Positions 37,989 through 47,839 are shown, numbered from the stretch's first letter. The stretch is DNA of 64,000 bases from Clostridia bacterium (GCA_036654455.1 JAVVRZ010000001.1:193345-257344); one strand, 5' to 3'. Notes: generated by a model from the sequence alone, not told the origin. Numbers and translations: made by a program.

Positions 37989-38010
37989 GAGAGCGGGCAA
38001 ACCCACTCTC
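37989..38010 (-). promoter_or_regulatory. leader hairpin (weak intrinsic terminator/attenuator candidate) in the rimP-nusA 5' UTR
   Basis: Minus strand: GAGAGUGGG-uuug-CCCGCUCUC (one G-U pair) followed by the interrupted U-tract AUAUUUAUGUAAGGAUG. It sits between the predicted promoter and the rimP SD. Confidence 0.45.
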
Positions 38011-38030
38011 GCTAAGACTTCTTCATAGGT

Positions 38031-38059
38031 ATTCTATCATAATAGGTTAAAATAATCAA
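38031..38059 (-). promoter_or_regulatory. sigma-A promoter of the rimP-nusA-infB operon
   Basis: Minus strand: TTGATT (38059-38054), 17-nt spacer, TAGAAT (38036-38031) preceded by TATGa. Confidence 0.55.
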
Positions 38060-38159
38060 GTGTTTTATAATAGATAGTTTTGTGTTGCAAAGCAATTTTT
38101 ATAGTTTTATTGCTTAAATAGTAGTAAAAATAGTTAAAATATAGAAAGTTTTGACACCT

Positions 38160-39683
38160 TTATAGCAAATTGTTGTCTTTTACAAACATTTCAAGCAAAC
38201 AAACTGCCATACTCAGCGAAGTGTCAAGATATTCTTCTTGTATTAACGTTTGAAAAATTTCGCTAAGCGTTGAGTAATTTACCTTCTTTTTCTTTTTATC
38301 GCTTAGTCTTCTACCTAATAGATAGTTTTGCGAAAGTTGAATAAAGTCAAAATTTATGTTGTTAAAATAGTAACCGTAACCCGTTGCGTAGTATTTAATA
38401 AATGACATAGCGACTTCTATATTTAGCCCAACCACAACAGAATTAGCGCAAAACTTAAATAAATCTGGAATAATATCGGTAATAGTAGGCGACTCAATCA
38501 ATTTTGCATTGTCAACCCCTTCTATATCAAGAATTATTTCGGGGTTAATTAAAGTCGAAAAGCCAGAAGTAATCTTACCATTTTCAATTTTTGTACAATT
38601 AATCGAATAAACCTTGTCTTCTAACACTTTTTGACCGCTAGATTTTAAATCTAAGGTAACAATTACATTATTTTGTAAATATTCGCAAGTTTTTTCACCG
38701 CCAATTTTTATTTGTTCGGGAACGGCAACTTTTGTTGGCTTAATCAATAAATATTTCTCGGGCATAGGTTTTGTCGTATTAACATTTTCTTCCATTGGTA
38801 GAATATTACAAAGAGAAATGTCATAAACTTTTAATTCTAATTGTTTACTGTAATTTGAAAAACTTACTGCGCCACAAACAAGCGCATCAAGGTCATTTCT
38901 CAAAGTCGATAATTTAAGGGCAACGTCGTTACGCCCAAAAGCTACGGCTTGTATGCTACCGCTATAATCGGTTAGAGTAAATTTATAGATAATCGCCGTT
39001 GTTTTTTTAGATTCCAGTATATTGAAATTAGATATTTTACCGCAAACGACGCAAGATTTTTGCGTATCGACTAGGTCAATAATATATCGTGGTTGACTAA
39101 GTATCTTTTTGCCGACAAAACGTTCGACGTTTACAACTTTATTAAATCGTTTAGGCTTAGAAAGCTCGGCGTTAAGACTAATTTGTTGGTAAACTTTAAC
39201 CTGTTCTTTTAGAGTGTCAATTTTAGTATCGCTACTGTGAACCATTATAGAAATATTAAAAGTTAAAGCAGATATATTTGTAAAAGTTGACTGTAATTGT
39301 TGCTTAATTTGAGCATTTTCAAATATTTGAAAAGTCAGCTTATCTAAATCGAAAGCAATATCGCACTTGCCATCATTAAGTAAAATTGAAGGTTGAGTAG
39401 TTAGACGATGCTTAATTGATGGGTGGTCGTCCATAAATTGTTGGATAATTTCCTCAACTTCTTCATTCGTGAAAGTATCAAGCATAAATTTAATGTAACA
39501 TTCGTAAGAATTATCGTTAAATTTATAGGTAAGAGCCCTAATTTGTTTTTTTTGCTCCTCGCTTAAAGAATTTTTAGTACAAAAAGTATAAGTTACGTCT
39601 TGTCTATTCGTATCAATGACAGTTTTGCGTAACCTTAAATCTTCATATTTGCCTGTAACTTCTCTTATTTTTTGAGCTAACAT
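38160..39683 (-). CDS. PolC-like N-terminal/OB-fold protein with a degenerate DnaQ-like exonuclease domain and no PHP or polymerase domains
   Basis: 507 aa in the canonical polC slot (ispG-X-rimP). Residues ~205-292 (CVVCGKISNF...FTLTDYSGSIQAVAF...) resemble the PolC OB domain. Residues ~338-500 resemble the PolC exonuclease domain, but the catalytic positions read D-L-K (ExoI), N-I-E-V-A (ExoII) and Q-x4-D (ExoIII). Confidence 0.5.
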   Translation of the reverse strand: MLAQKIREVTGKYEDLRLRKTVIDTNRQDVTYTFCTKNSLSEEQKKQIRALTYKFNDNSYECYIKFMLDTFTNEEVEEIIQQFMDDHPSIKHRLTTQPSILLNDGKCDIAFDLDKLTFQIFENAQIKQQLQSTFTNISALTFNISIMVHSSDTKIDTLKEQVKVYQQISLNAELSKPKRFNKVVNVERFVGKKILSQPRYIIDLVDTQKSCVVCGKISNFNILESKKTTAIIYKFTLTDYSGSIQAVAFGRNDVALKLSTLRNDLDALVCGAVSFSNYSKQLELKVYDISLCNILPMEENVNTTKPMPEKYLLIKPTKVAVPEQIKIGGEKTCEYLQNNVIVTLDLKSSGQKVLEDKVYSINCTKIENGKITSGFSTLINPEIILDIEGVDNAKLIESPTITDIIPDLFKFCANSVVVGLNIEVAMSFIKYYATGYGYYFNNINFDFIQLSQNYLLGRRLSDKKKKKVNYSTLSEIFQTLIQEEYLDTSLSMAVCLLEMFVKDNNLL

Positions 39684-39764
39684 TTTTACCTTTTGTACCT
39701 TTAAGTTGAGTTAGAATATATTAAAACGAATAATTATCACAAATATACTTATATTTTTAGTGGT

Positions 39765-40841
39765 TTATTTAGAATTTAATTGTTTTTCAATCACAAGTTT
39801 GTCAATCTCTTGTAAAAAAAGCTTTACTGCGTCTTTTTTATCAACTTTTTTGTAAATAACGCCTTTTTTAAAAAATGAAATTTGTCTACCGCCGGCAAGA
39901 CCTAGTTCGGCACTTGCGCATTCGCCCGGTCCGTTGACTTCGCAACCCATAACGGCTATTTTTAGTTGAACATTAATATTTTTTACATAATCGTATACTT
40001 GTTTTGCAACCGAAACTAAGTCAATTTGGCATCTTCCACACATTGGGCAAGACACAAGGTCAACTTTTTGCTGTGGATAACCACATTCTTGAAGAATATT
40101 TCTAGCTACGATTACTTCTTCGATTGGATTTTCGGTAAGCGAAACTCTAATGGTATCCCCTATGCCTTGACTGAGCAAAGTAGAAATTGCCAAAGTGTTT
40201 TTAACTATTCCGTATTGCATAACGCCGGCTTCGGTAAGCCCGATATGTAACGGATAATCAAATTTTTGAGAAAGAGCGCAATTTACAGCTATTGTTTGAC
40301 TAACTGAGGTGCTTTTTGCCGACAAAACAAGTTTTGTAAATTTGCGTTGCTCAAACATATCTATGTATTGAGAAATGCCCGATAAAAAAACTTCTTGCTG
40401 GCTTAACCCTTTTGAAAGTAGGTCTTTGTCGAGAGAACCGCTATTTACGCCTATTCTTATAGCTGTATTGTGTTCTTTTGCCGAATCTATAATATAATTT
40501 AAAGACTCTTTTGGAAAATTACCGGGATTTATACGAATTTTTGCCACACCGCTTTCGATAGACTTTAAAGCAAACTGAGCGTTAAAATGTATATCGGCGA
40601 CAATGGGCAAAGAGCAAGAGCTTACAATTTTAGACAAGGCATTTGCGTCTTCTTGACAAAAAACAGCAAGCCTAACTATATCGCAGTTGACTCTTTTAAG
40701 CTGTTCAATTTGTAGAAGTGTAGCGTCTATATCTCTTGTCTTAGTGTTTGTCATAGACTGAACGGCTATTTTGTTGTTTCCGCCTATTACAACGCTCCCG
40801 ATATTAATTTCTTTGGTAATCCTTCTCATAGCTAAAACCAT
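39765..40841 (-). CDS. ispG: 4-hydroxy-3-methylbut-2-en-1-yl diphosphate synthase
   Basis: 358 aa with C-terminal Fe-S cysteines (CPMCGRC...GCEVNGPGE). The start could be the ATG at 40841 or the one at 40829. Confidence 0.9.
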   Translation of the reverse strand: MVLAMRRITKEINIGSVVIGGNNKIAVQSMTNTKTRDIDATLLQIEQLKRVNCDIVRLAVFCQEDANALSKIVSSCSLPIVADIHFNAQFALKSIESGVAKIRINPGNFPKESLNYIIDSAKEHNTAIRIGVNSGSLDKDLLSKGLSQQEVFLSGISQYIDMFEQRKFTKLVLSAKSTSVSQTIAVNCALSQKFDYPLHIGLTEAGVMQYGIVKNTLAISTLLSQGIGDTIRVSLTENPIEEVIVARNILQECGYPQQKVDLVSCPMCGRCQIDLVSVAKQVYDYVKNINVQLKIAVMGCEVNGPGECASAELGLAGGRQISFFKKGVIYKKVDKKDAVKLFLQEIDKLVIEKQLNSK

Positions 40842-41959
40842 TTAAATACGTCAATAAATATTACAAAGGCAAGCAAAAGAATTATACCGACAGCGTGTAT
40901 CCACGACTCAACTTTGCGATTAATGGGTTTGCCCCTTATCCATTCGATTAGCACAAATATCATTCTACACCCGTCAAGAGCGGGTAGAGGCAATAAATTA
41001 AATACCGCAAGGTTGACCGAAATAAGGACTATTAAGAAAAGAATGCTGGTAAAGTCTACTGCGACTATGCTAGCTATCATATCAATCGTAGTTATTGGCC
41101 CGCCTACGCTCTCTATCCCGATTACGCCGGTAATTAGTTGACCTAATGTTTTGAGAACAACCGTTCCTACTTTACCGCAAAAGACAAAGCCCCTGCCAAA
41201 CGATTGGAAAAATGGCGTAACAATACGTTCGGCGCTACTCTTTACTCGTATTCCAAAGTCGTTATAGGTCTTTTCCTTGCCGTCTTCGCCGATAATCTTA
41301 TAGGTATAGATTTTAACGTTTAAAAGGGTGAGAATTTCGCCTTGTTTATCGCTTATTTTGGTAACGGGCGCAGTTTTATCAGTAGGTCTAAATACCGTTA
41401 CGCTTGCAGAATCGCCAGATTCTTGAATTAATTCGGTATAGTCGGCAGGAAAATATATATCTTTGCCATTAATACCTAAGATAATATCGCCTAATTGAAT
41501 TGTGTTATTGTCGTAGTTAGGCGAAGTTTCATAAATAGTGTAAGTTGTAAGTCTATATTCGCCAAAACAAGAAAAAGCTATAATTGCAATTAAAATTGCA
41601 GAAACAAAGTTAAACAAAACTCCGCCAAAAAGAACAATCAGTCTTTTCCAAGGTTTTTGATTATTAAAAGCGTCGGGACTATTTAATTTTTCTTCGTCTT
41701 CGCCGTCAAAAGAACAATATCCGCCAAGAGGAATTGCCCTAATTGAAAACTTTTCATCGGTTGTTTTATGTTTTTTTTGAAATATTTTGGGCCCCATACC
41801 AATAGAAAACTCGGTAATTTTAAATTTTAAAAGTTTTCCAAAAGTATAATGTCCAAGTTCGTGTATAGTAATCATAAACATCAATACTAATAAGGCAATT
41901 AAAATATAGCCTATTTTAGCAAAGACTTGACCAACCGTAACGCTTAAAAGAAATGTCAT
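40832..41959 (-). CDS. rseP: RIP metalloprotease RseP/RasP (M50 with PDZ)
   Basis: 375 aa with HELGHY in TM1 and the downstream NLLPLPALDG motif. Confidence 0.85.
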   Translation of the reverse strand: MTFLLSVTVGQVFAKIGYILIALLVLMFMITIHELGHYTFGKLLKFKITEFSIGMGPKIFQKKHKTTDEKFSIRAIPLGGYCSFDGEDEEKLNSPDAFNNQKPWKRLIVLFGGVLFNFVSAILIAIIAFSCFGEYRLTTYTIYETSPNYDNNTIQLGDIILGINGKDIYFPADYTELIQESGDSASVTVFRPTDKTAPVTKISDKQGEILTLLNVKIYTYKIIGEDGKEKTYNDFGIRVKSSAERIVTPFFQSFGRGFVFCGKVGTVVLKTLGQLITGVIGIESVGGPITTIDMIASIVAVDFTSILFLIVLISVNLAVFNLLPLPALDGCRMIFVLIEWIRGKPINRKVESWIHAVGIILLLAFVIFIDVFKWF

Positions 41960-43057
41960 TTATTTCTCCTCATAATAATCCATAAGAAATTTGTAAGCCA
42001 AACTATAAACTTTAAAAATATTGTCTTTTGTTACTTCCATTGACTTTAAACTCGGGTAAAAAGAATCGGCAACAAAAAGAATATTTTTATAAAAGTCGGT
42101 AAAATGTATCTTCTTCTTTTCAAATAATTTTCTTAGAGCAAGGCAACTTGCGACCATAACAGTAGGCATTATGCCACTGTTACATTGTTGATTGTAACAT
42201 AAAACCGAACAAGGGAATTTTTCCTTGTCAAGAGGCAAAAAGTTTAGCTCTCTAAGTTCGGTAAGTTTAAGGTCTTGCGCTTGCGATTTAATTCTTGTCG
42301 GGTAAGTTAATGCGTATTGTATCGGCAATCTCATATCGGGTTGGGCAAGTTGCGCTAGCGTTGAACCGTCAACAAATTGAACAAAAGAATGAACTATACA
42401 TTGTGGGTGTACTACAATATCAATGTTTGAAATAGGAACGTCAAATAAAAAATGCGCTTCGAGAACTTCCATAGTCTTATTAAACATTGTATTTGAGTCT
42501 ATTGTTATATCTGCGCCCATATTCCACTTTGGGTGTTTTTTAGCTTGGTCGTAAGTGATAAATTCAAGTCTACTTGAAAGTTCGTTATAAAAACTACCAC
42601 CGCTAGCTGTGATTGTAATTTTTTGTATAGGTTTTCCGTCGGCGCATTGCCATATCGCCGAATGTTCGCTGTCTATGGGAAAAACTTTGCTAAGACTATT
42701 TTTCCTCATTCTGGCGATTAGGTCGCCCCCGCAAACTATAATTTCCTTGTTTGCGACAGCTATGTCAATGTTGTGAAGCAAACAATAAATAAAAGCGTCA
42801 AGAGAGTCGATTCCGCTTGTCGCAAATATTGCAAGGTCAATATTTTGTTCAACCGCCTTAGTCAAACATTCCTTGCCGTCACTAGCAACTAACCCCAAAT
42901 ATGTAGGCAAAAATTTAAGAGCTTGCTCCTGCAATAACTCGGCGTTAGAGTAAGCCGTAAGCGAAATAACACGAAAATCTTGTTTATGTGACGCCACAAC
43001 TTCTAATACTTGTTTTCCAATAGAGCCTGTGCTACCTAAAATTGCAATTCTTCTCAT
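41960..43057 (-). CDS. dxr: 1-deoxy-D-xylulose 5-phosphate reductoisomerase
   Basis: 365 aa with N-terminal ILGSTGSIG, and PIDSEHSAI. Confidence 0.9.
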   Translation of the reverse strand: MRRIAILGSTGSIGKQVLEVVASHKQDFRVISLTAYSNAELLQEQALKFLPTYLGLVASDGKECLTKAVEQNIDLAIFATSGIDSLDAFIYCLLHNIDIAVANKEIIVCGGDLIARMRKNSLSKVFPIDSEHSAIWQCADGKPIQKITITASGGSFYNELSSRLEFITYDQAKKHPKWNMGADITIDSNTMFNKTMEVLEAHFLFDVPISNIDIVVHPQCIVHSFVQFVDGSTLAQLAQPDMRLPIQYALTYPTRIKSQAQDLKLTELRELNFLPLDKEKFPCSVLCYNQQCNSGIMPTVMVASCLALRKLFEKKKIHFTDFYKNILFVADSFYPSLKSMEVTKDNIFKVYSLAYKFLMDYYEEK

Positions 43058-43069
43058 ATTTGTATTGTA

Positions 43070-43999
43070 TTATAGGATAAACGTCCATATTACCGCAACA
43101 AACACGCTGTTGAGCATTATGCCGTCAAACCTATCCATAAATCCTCCGTGAGAGCCTAAAAGGTGGCTGTAATCTTTAATACCGCAATGCCGTTTTACAT
43201 AGCTAGCAAGCAGGTCGCCTATTTGAGTGCAAATCGAGCCAAATATACCCATTAAAAGATAACATATTATTTTCATAGGCATACTAAGCGGTATACCTGC
43301 TTTAAACCAATGAACATTCATAAGCGGTAAGGCTTCAAATAAGAAAAACACAAGTCCGGCGCCAACAATACCGCCAAACACTCCGCCAATAGCGCCCTCG
43401 ACTGTTTTGTTAGGCGATATAACGGGAGCAAGCTTGTGTTTGCCAAACAATACGCCAAAGATTAAAGCGCATACGTCCGACATACAAGAAATAGCGAATA
43501 CTAACGCAAGTCCTACTGTATTTAAAGGTAAAAGTTGTTCGCCTCTTAACGAATCTACAATATAACCGTTATCAAACATAGGATTACCCGGCCCTATTTC
43601 TACCGAACTTGCTGATTTGTTGATATAAAACAATGTTGAAAGAAGTAATGCAGGATAAATCAATACAAAAGCAAAATTTTGTAGCGAACCCTCAGGTAAA
43701 TTTTTAAATATGGTAATAGCGCAACCGATAATAAATATAAGTAAGCTAAATAAAACAATACCGGTATAACCAAACCAAAAGTAAGGTATGCCAAAGACGA
43801 TTGCGTACGACCAAACTAGCCAACTAAGTTCGTCGGGTATCTTTGGACCGAGCGCTTTTCTAGTTTCTAGTATGCAGATGCCTATGACTGCGCACAAGAA
43901 AAATGAAACATAATATCTATCGACAAATTCTCCTAGTAGTATCATACCAACAAATACAATCATAATGAGCGTCGACATAAAAATTCTCTTTTGTATCAT
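43070..43999 (-). CDS. cdsA: phosphatidate cytidylyltransferase
   Basis: 309 aa, polytopic. C-terminal signature SYVKRHCGIKDYSHLLGSHGGFMDRFD. Confidence 0.85.
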   Translation of the reverse strand: MIQKRIFMSTLIMIVFVGMILLGEFVDRYYVSFFLCAVIGICILETRKALGPKIPDELSWLVWSYAIVFGIPYFWFGYTGIVLFSLLIFIIGCAITIFKNLPEGSLQNFAFVLIYPALLLSTLFYINKSASSVEIGPGNPMFDNGYIVDSLRGEQLLPLNTVGLALVFAISCMSDVCALIFGVLFGKHKLAPVISPNKTVEGAIGGVFGGIVGAGLVFFLFEALPLMNVHWFKAGIPLSMPMKIICYLLMGIFGSICTQIGDLLASYVKRHCGIKDYSHLLGSHGGFMDRFDGIMLNSVFVAVIWTFIL

Positions 44000-44671
44000 T
44001 TATTCTTTTACCCCTCCAAAATTACGTATCCTCTTACGATATATTTCTAATGCCGTACAAAGTTGTTGTTTGTCAAAGTCTGGCCAAAGGCAATCTGTAA
44101 AGTATAATTCGGCGTATGCGCACGAATATAACATAAAATTGCTTAGCCTCATTTGTCCGCCCGTACGGACAACAAAGTCTATTTCGGGAAGTTCATTTAA
44201 TATAGTTTGAGTAAATTGTTTCTCGCTTACTCTTTTGCCTAGTTGAATAAATTTATTTGCAGTTTCAACAATTTCCGCCCTACCGCCATAATTTAAACAC
44301 AAGTTAACTGTAATATCATTGTTATTGCAAGTATTCTCAACTGTTTTGTTAATTTTGTTTACTAATGTTTGCGGTAAAGAATTGTAACTACCAGTAAAAA
44401 TAATGCGAATTTTGCCCGATTCGTCGTTAAAGCTGTCGAGATAACGACAAGCCAAACTAAACAGCCCGTCAACTTCGGTTTTCGGGCGTTTCCAATTTTC
44501 GGTCGAAAACACAAATAGACTTACATATTTTATGCCAAATTCTAGGCAATTATCAATAACTTTATGAACAGTTTCAAGTCCTTCTTTGTGACCTTCTTTG
44601 CGTGGTAGACCTCTTAATTTTGCCCACCTACCATTACCGTCCATAATAAAAGCTATGTGACTAGGCGTCAT
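44000..44671 (-). CDS. uppS: isoprenyl transferase (undecaprenyl diphosphate synthase)
   Basis: 223 aa with HIAFIMDGNGRWA and FSTENWKRP motifs. Confidence 0.9.
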   Translation of the reverse strand: MTPSHIAFIMDGNGRWAKLRGLPRKEGHKEGLETVHKVIDNCLEFGIKYVSLFVFSTENWKRPKTEVDGLFSLACRYLDSFNDESGKIRIIFTGSYNSLPQTLVNKINKTVENTCNNNDITVNLCLNYGGRAEIVETANKFIQLGKRVSEKQFTQTILNELPEIDFVVRTGGQMRLSNFMLYSCAYAELYFTDCLWPDFDKQQLCTALEIYRKRIRNFGGVKE

Positions 44672-44691
44672 ATATACCTCGATATTTTAAA

Positions 44692-44718
44692 TAATGCCGT
44701 GTTTCTTTGACACGGCAT
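44692..44718 (-). other. hairpin between frr and uppS (weak terminator or attenuator)
   Basis: Minus strand: AAUGCCGUGU-caaagaa-ACACGGCAUU followed by AUUUAAAAU, a poor U-tract. Confidence 0.4.
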
Positions 44719-44751
44719 TGACCAATAAACTAAGTATGCGTTGTCAAAGAG

Positions 44752-45327
44752 TTAAACTACTAAACAATCCGCCTCTTTGTTCTTGCCAAGAAGTTCAATC
44801 GCTTCGATTTGTTTAGCCACGATTTTGTCAATCTCGTCTTCGTAAGATTCAATTAAGTCTTCGGATATAGTCTTTTCATTTTTAATCTTTTTTAGACTTT
44901 CCATAGCGTCTCTGCGAACATTTCTAACTGCAACTTTGGCTTCTTCGGTAAGTTTTTTAACAGATTTAACTAATTCAAGCCTACGTTCTTGGTTAAGCTC
45001 AGGAAAAACAAGTCTAATTACTATGCCGTCGTTTTGAGGCGTGACGCCGATATTTGCAGCAAAAATAGCTTTTTCGACCTTGCTTAACATAGATTTGTCC
45101 CACACGGAAATGACTAGAAGTCTTGCTTCTGGGTTAGAAATGTTTGCCATTTGCGAAATAGGAGTTGGAGCGCCATAGTAGTCGACAAGAATTTTTTCAA
45201 CTAGCTTAGGGTTAGCCCTGCCTGCTCGCATAAGGGAAAATTCACTCTTCATATAGTCTATGGACTTGGCAATTCTTTCATCAACGTCCATAAAGATTAA
45301 TTCAATTGTTTCGTTAGCGTAAACCAT
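44752..45327 (-). CDS. frr: ribosome recycling factor
   Basis: 191 aa with the MRAGRANP and VAVRNVRRDA motifs. GAGGAG SD lies 7 nt upstream. Confidence 0.95.
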   Translation of the reverse strand: MVYANETIELIFMDVDERIAKSIDYMKSEFSLMRAGRANPKLVEKILVDYYGAPTPISQMANISNPEARLLVISVWDKSMLSKVEKAIFAANIGVTPQNDGIVIRLVFPELNQERRLELVKSVKKLTEEAKVAVRNVRRDAMESLKKIKNEKTISEDLIESYEDEIDKIVAKQIEAIELLGKNKEADCLVV

Positions 45328-45387
45328 AATAATTCTCCTCTACTAATATACTTATATTATACTCAATAAAATTGTAAATTTCAATAG

Positions 45388-46089
45388 TTATTCAATAATT
45401 GTGCCAATATTTTTACCTTCCACCGCATTAATTATGCTATTTTTGTCGGCAAGAGCAAAAACAAGAATAGGAATTTTGTTTTCCATACACATTGAGATAG
45501 CTGTGGTGTCAAGAGCGTGTAAATTTTTGCTTATAACGTCCATATAACTTATTGTGGAATATTTTTTTGCTGTTATATCAATCTTGGGATCGCTAGAATA
45601 CACGCCGTCTACCGCCTTAGCGCAAAGCAAACAATCTGCGTGAAGTTCCGCCGAGCGTAACGCAGCCGCCGTATCGGTAGTAAAGTAAGGGCTACCTGTT
45701 CCGCAAGCAAATATTACTATGCGACCTTTTTGTAGGTGACTAAGGGCTTTACGCAAAATATATGGTTCGGCTACTTGTTTAATTTCTAGGGAAGTTTGCA
45801 CTCTTACGGGAATAAGTTTAGCTTCAAGAGCGTCTTGAATAGCTAAGGCGTTTATAACGGTTGCAAGCATACCCATGTGGTCGGCTACCGCCCTATCCAT
45901 TTGTTCGCCTTGCCTACCACGCCAAAAGTTACCTCCGCCGACAACAAGACCAATTTGCAAACCTTGCTCGTAAAGAGTTTTAAGCTGTTCGACTATTGAG
46001 TCTACGGCATTATTGTCGATACCAAAGCCTTTACCGCCCGCAAGCGCTTCACCGCTAATTTTTAAAACAATTCTCTTATATTTTAGCAT
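45388..46089 (-). CDS. pyrH: UMP kinase
   Basis: 233 aa with RIVLKISGEAL and VVGGGNFWRG motifs. Confidence 0.95.
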   Translation of the reverse strand: MLKYKRIVLKISGEALAGGKGFGIDNNAVDSIVEQLKTLYEQGLQIGLVVGGGNFWRGRQGEQMDRAVADHMGMLATVINALAIQDALEAKLIPVRVQTSLEIKQVAEPYILRKALSHLQKGRIVIFACGTGSPYFTTDTAAALRSAELHADCLLCAKAVDGVYSSDPKIDITAKKYSTISYMDVISKNLHALDTTAISMCMENKIPILVFALADKNSIINAVEGKNIGTIIE

Positions 46090-46103
46090 TATTGCTCCTT
46101 ATC

Positions 46104-46133
46104 AAAAGGGGACAAAATTGCTTGTCCCCTTTT
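46104..46133 (-). terminator. rho-independent terminator/attenuator between tsf and pyrH
   Basis: AAAAGGGGACAA-gcaauu-UUGUCCCCUUUU, a perfect 12-bp stem that includes the flanking A/U runs. Confidence 0.7.
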
Positions 46134-46141
46134 ATAAATTG

Positions 46142-46810
46142 TTATTTGTTGATAGATTCTAATTGTTCGGCAATTTCTTTTGCAAAGTCTGTTGACCTCT
46201 TTTCAAGTCCCTCGCCCATCTGGTAACAAGTAAATCTTCTAATTGATATTTTCTCGCCTACGGCGGCTATTGTTTGATTAATTAACTCTTTAATAGTAAT
46301 TTCATCATTCTTTACATAAGGTTGTTCGAGTAAACAAACTTCGGTGTAATATTTTTTAATACGACCATCAACCATTTTTTGAATAATAGCTTCGGGCTTA
46401 GGCTTAGGCTCGTTTTTAGCCTGCGCAATAAGAATTTCTTTTTCGCTTTCAATTTTTTCTTGGGAAACGTCTTCGATTGAAACAACTTCGGGTCTTGTCG
46501 CTGCAATTTGCATACATAGGTTGTGAACAAGGTCGGTAAATTGTTCGCTACGAGCGACAAAATCTGTTTCGCAGTTGACTTCAAGCAACACGCCTATTTT
46601 GCCACCCATGTGGATATAACTGCCTACAACGCCTTCTGCTGCGATACGGCTTGCTTTTTTAGCTGCTGAGGCTATGCCTTTTTCTCTTAAATATTTAATT
46701 GCTTCGTCAAAATTGCCGGCTGTGGCAACAAGAGCCTTCTTGCAATCCATCATACCTACGCCGGTAGTTTCACGTAATTTCATTATATCTTGATTGGTAA
46801 ATTCTGCCAT
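46142..46810 (-). CDS. tsf: elongation factor Ts (short form)
   Basis: 222 aa with N-terminal UBA-like [16 protein letters not shown]. Confidence 0.9.
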   Translation of the reverse strand: MAEFTNQDIMKLRETTGVGMMDCKKALVATAGNFDEAIKYLREKGIASAAKKASRIAAEGVVGSYIHMGGKIGVLLEVNCETDFVARSEQFTDLVHNLCMQIAATRPEVVSIEDVSQEKIESEKEILIAQAKNEPKPKPEAIIQKMVDGRIKKYYTEVCLLEQPYVKNDEITIKELINQTIAAVGEKISIRRFTCYQMGEGLEKRSTDFAKEIAEQLESINK

Positions 46811-46830
46811 TTATTTAAACTCCTTAATAA

Positions 46831-47724
46831 TTATTCTGCCTTTGGCTCTTCGACAACAACTTCGACTGCTTTTGCTCTTGCTTTTTTAACGGGTTTTTCT
46901 TCTACAACTTCTTCTGCCGTTTGGGCTACAACAACTGTTTCGGTAACAATTTGTTCAATCTCTTGATCTTTGATAATAGGCGTTTCAACTATTTTTGCTT
47001 TAACTTCTTCTCTTGCAACTTCGTCTTCTACTTGATATATTACGCCTTCTTTGGCTTCGATTACAGCGTTTGCAATTACAGCGGCTACAATCTTAATTGC
47101 GCCTATTGCGTCGTCGTTACCGGGTATTACGCAGTCAACTTCGTCGGGGTCGCAGTTAGTATCTACTATTGCTACGATAGGAATATTAAGGGTATGAGCT
47201 TCGGCGATTGCAATAGCTTCTTTTTTGCAGTCTACTACAAATAAGCAACCGGGCATACCGGGCATATCTTTGATGCCGCCGATATTTGCTTGTAATTTAT
47301 CTCTTTCGCTTCTAAGTTTAGCAACTTCTTTTTTGGGAAGAAGGTCAAATTCGCCCATAAGTTCTCTTTGATTGATACTGTTAAGTTTGTCAATACGAGT
47401 GCGAATTGTCTTAAAATTGGTAAGCGTACCGCCTAACCAACGATTATTGATGTAGAACATACCGCAACGCTCTGCCTCAGCTTGAATAGCTGTTTGAGCT
47501 TGTTTTTTTGTGCCTACAAATAGAATTGACTTACCCTCTTTGGCTATGTCACGAACAAAGTTATAAGCTTGCTCGGCAAGTAGTACGGTCTGTTGAAGGT
47601 CAATAATATGAATATCATTTCTCTCCGAATAGATGTACTTCTTCATTTTAGGGTTCCATCTTCTTGTTTGGTGTCCAAAGTGGACGCCTGCTTCTAATAG
47701 TTGTTTCATTGAAACTACTGCCAT
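46831..47724 (-). CDS. rpsB: 30S ribosomal protein S2
   Basis: 297 aa. Contains [19 protein letters not shown]. It carries an acidic Glu/Val-rich C-terminal extension of about 55 aa. Confidence 0.95.
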   Translation of the reverse strand: MAVVSMKQLLEAGVHFGHQTRRWNPKMKKYIYSERNDIHIIDLQQTVLLAEQAYNFVRDIAKEGKSILFVGTKKQAQTAIQAEAERCGMFYINNRWLGGTLTNFKTIRTRIDKLNSINQRELMGEFDLLPKKEVAKLRSERDKLQANIGGIKDMPGMPGCLFVVDCKKEAIAIAEAHTLNIPIVAIVDTNCDPDEVDCVIPGNDDAIGAIKIVAAVIANAVIEAKEGVIYQVEDEVAREEVKAKIVETPIIKDQEIEQIVTETVVVAQTAEEVVEEKPVKKARAKAVEVVVEEPKAE

Positions 47725-47839
47725 TTTGTGTTACACTCCTTTACTTTTATTGTTTTACCTCCTTGCATCATTTACTACGGCAAACCTTTTTACAAGGCAC
47801 AAAAGCCGAATTGATACAAGTGCGTACTAAACCTTGTAA

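Noticed and set aside
38080-38125. Weak AT-rich hairpin AAGCAAU-N12-AUUGCUU downstream of the PolC-like gene, considered as its terminator.
   Set aside because: The stem is only 7 bp and mostly A-U, the loop is 12 nt, and no U-tract follows. It is not distinguishable from chance in this composition.
46312-46584. A 90-aa Lys-rich ORF inside tsf on the same strand.
   Set aside because: It is an alternative frame of EF-Ts and a low-complexity product of AT-rich codons.
47735-47790. An 18-codon upstream ORF ([18 protein letters not shown]) in the rpsB leader, overlapping the rpsB start.
   Set aside because: It has no convincing SD of its own. The GGAGG it contains is more plausibly a structural or decoy element of the leader. 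There is no evidence that it is coding.
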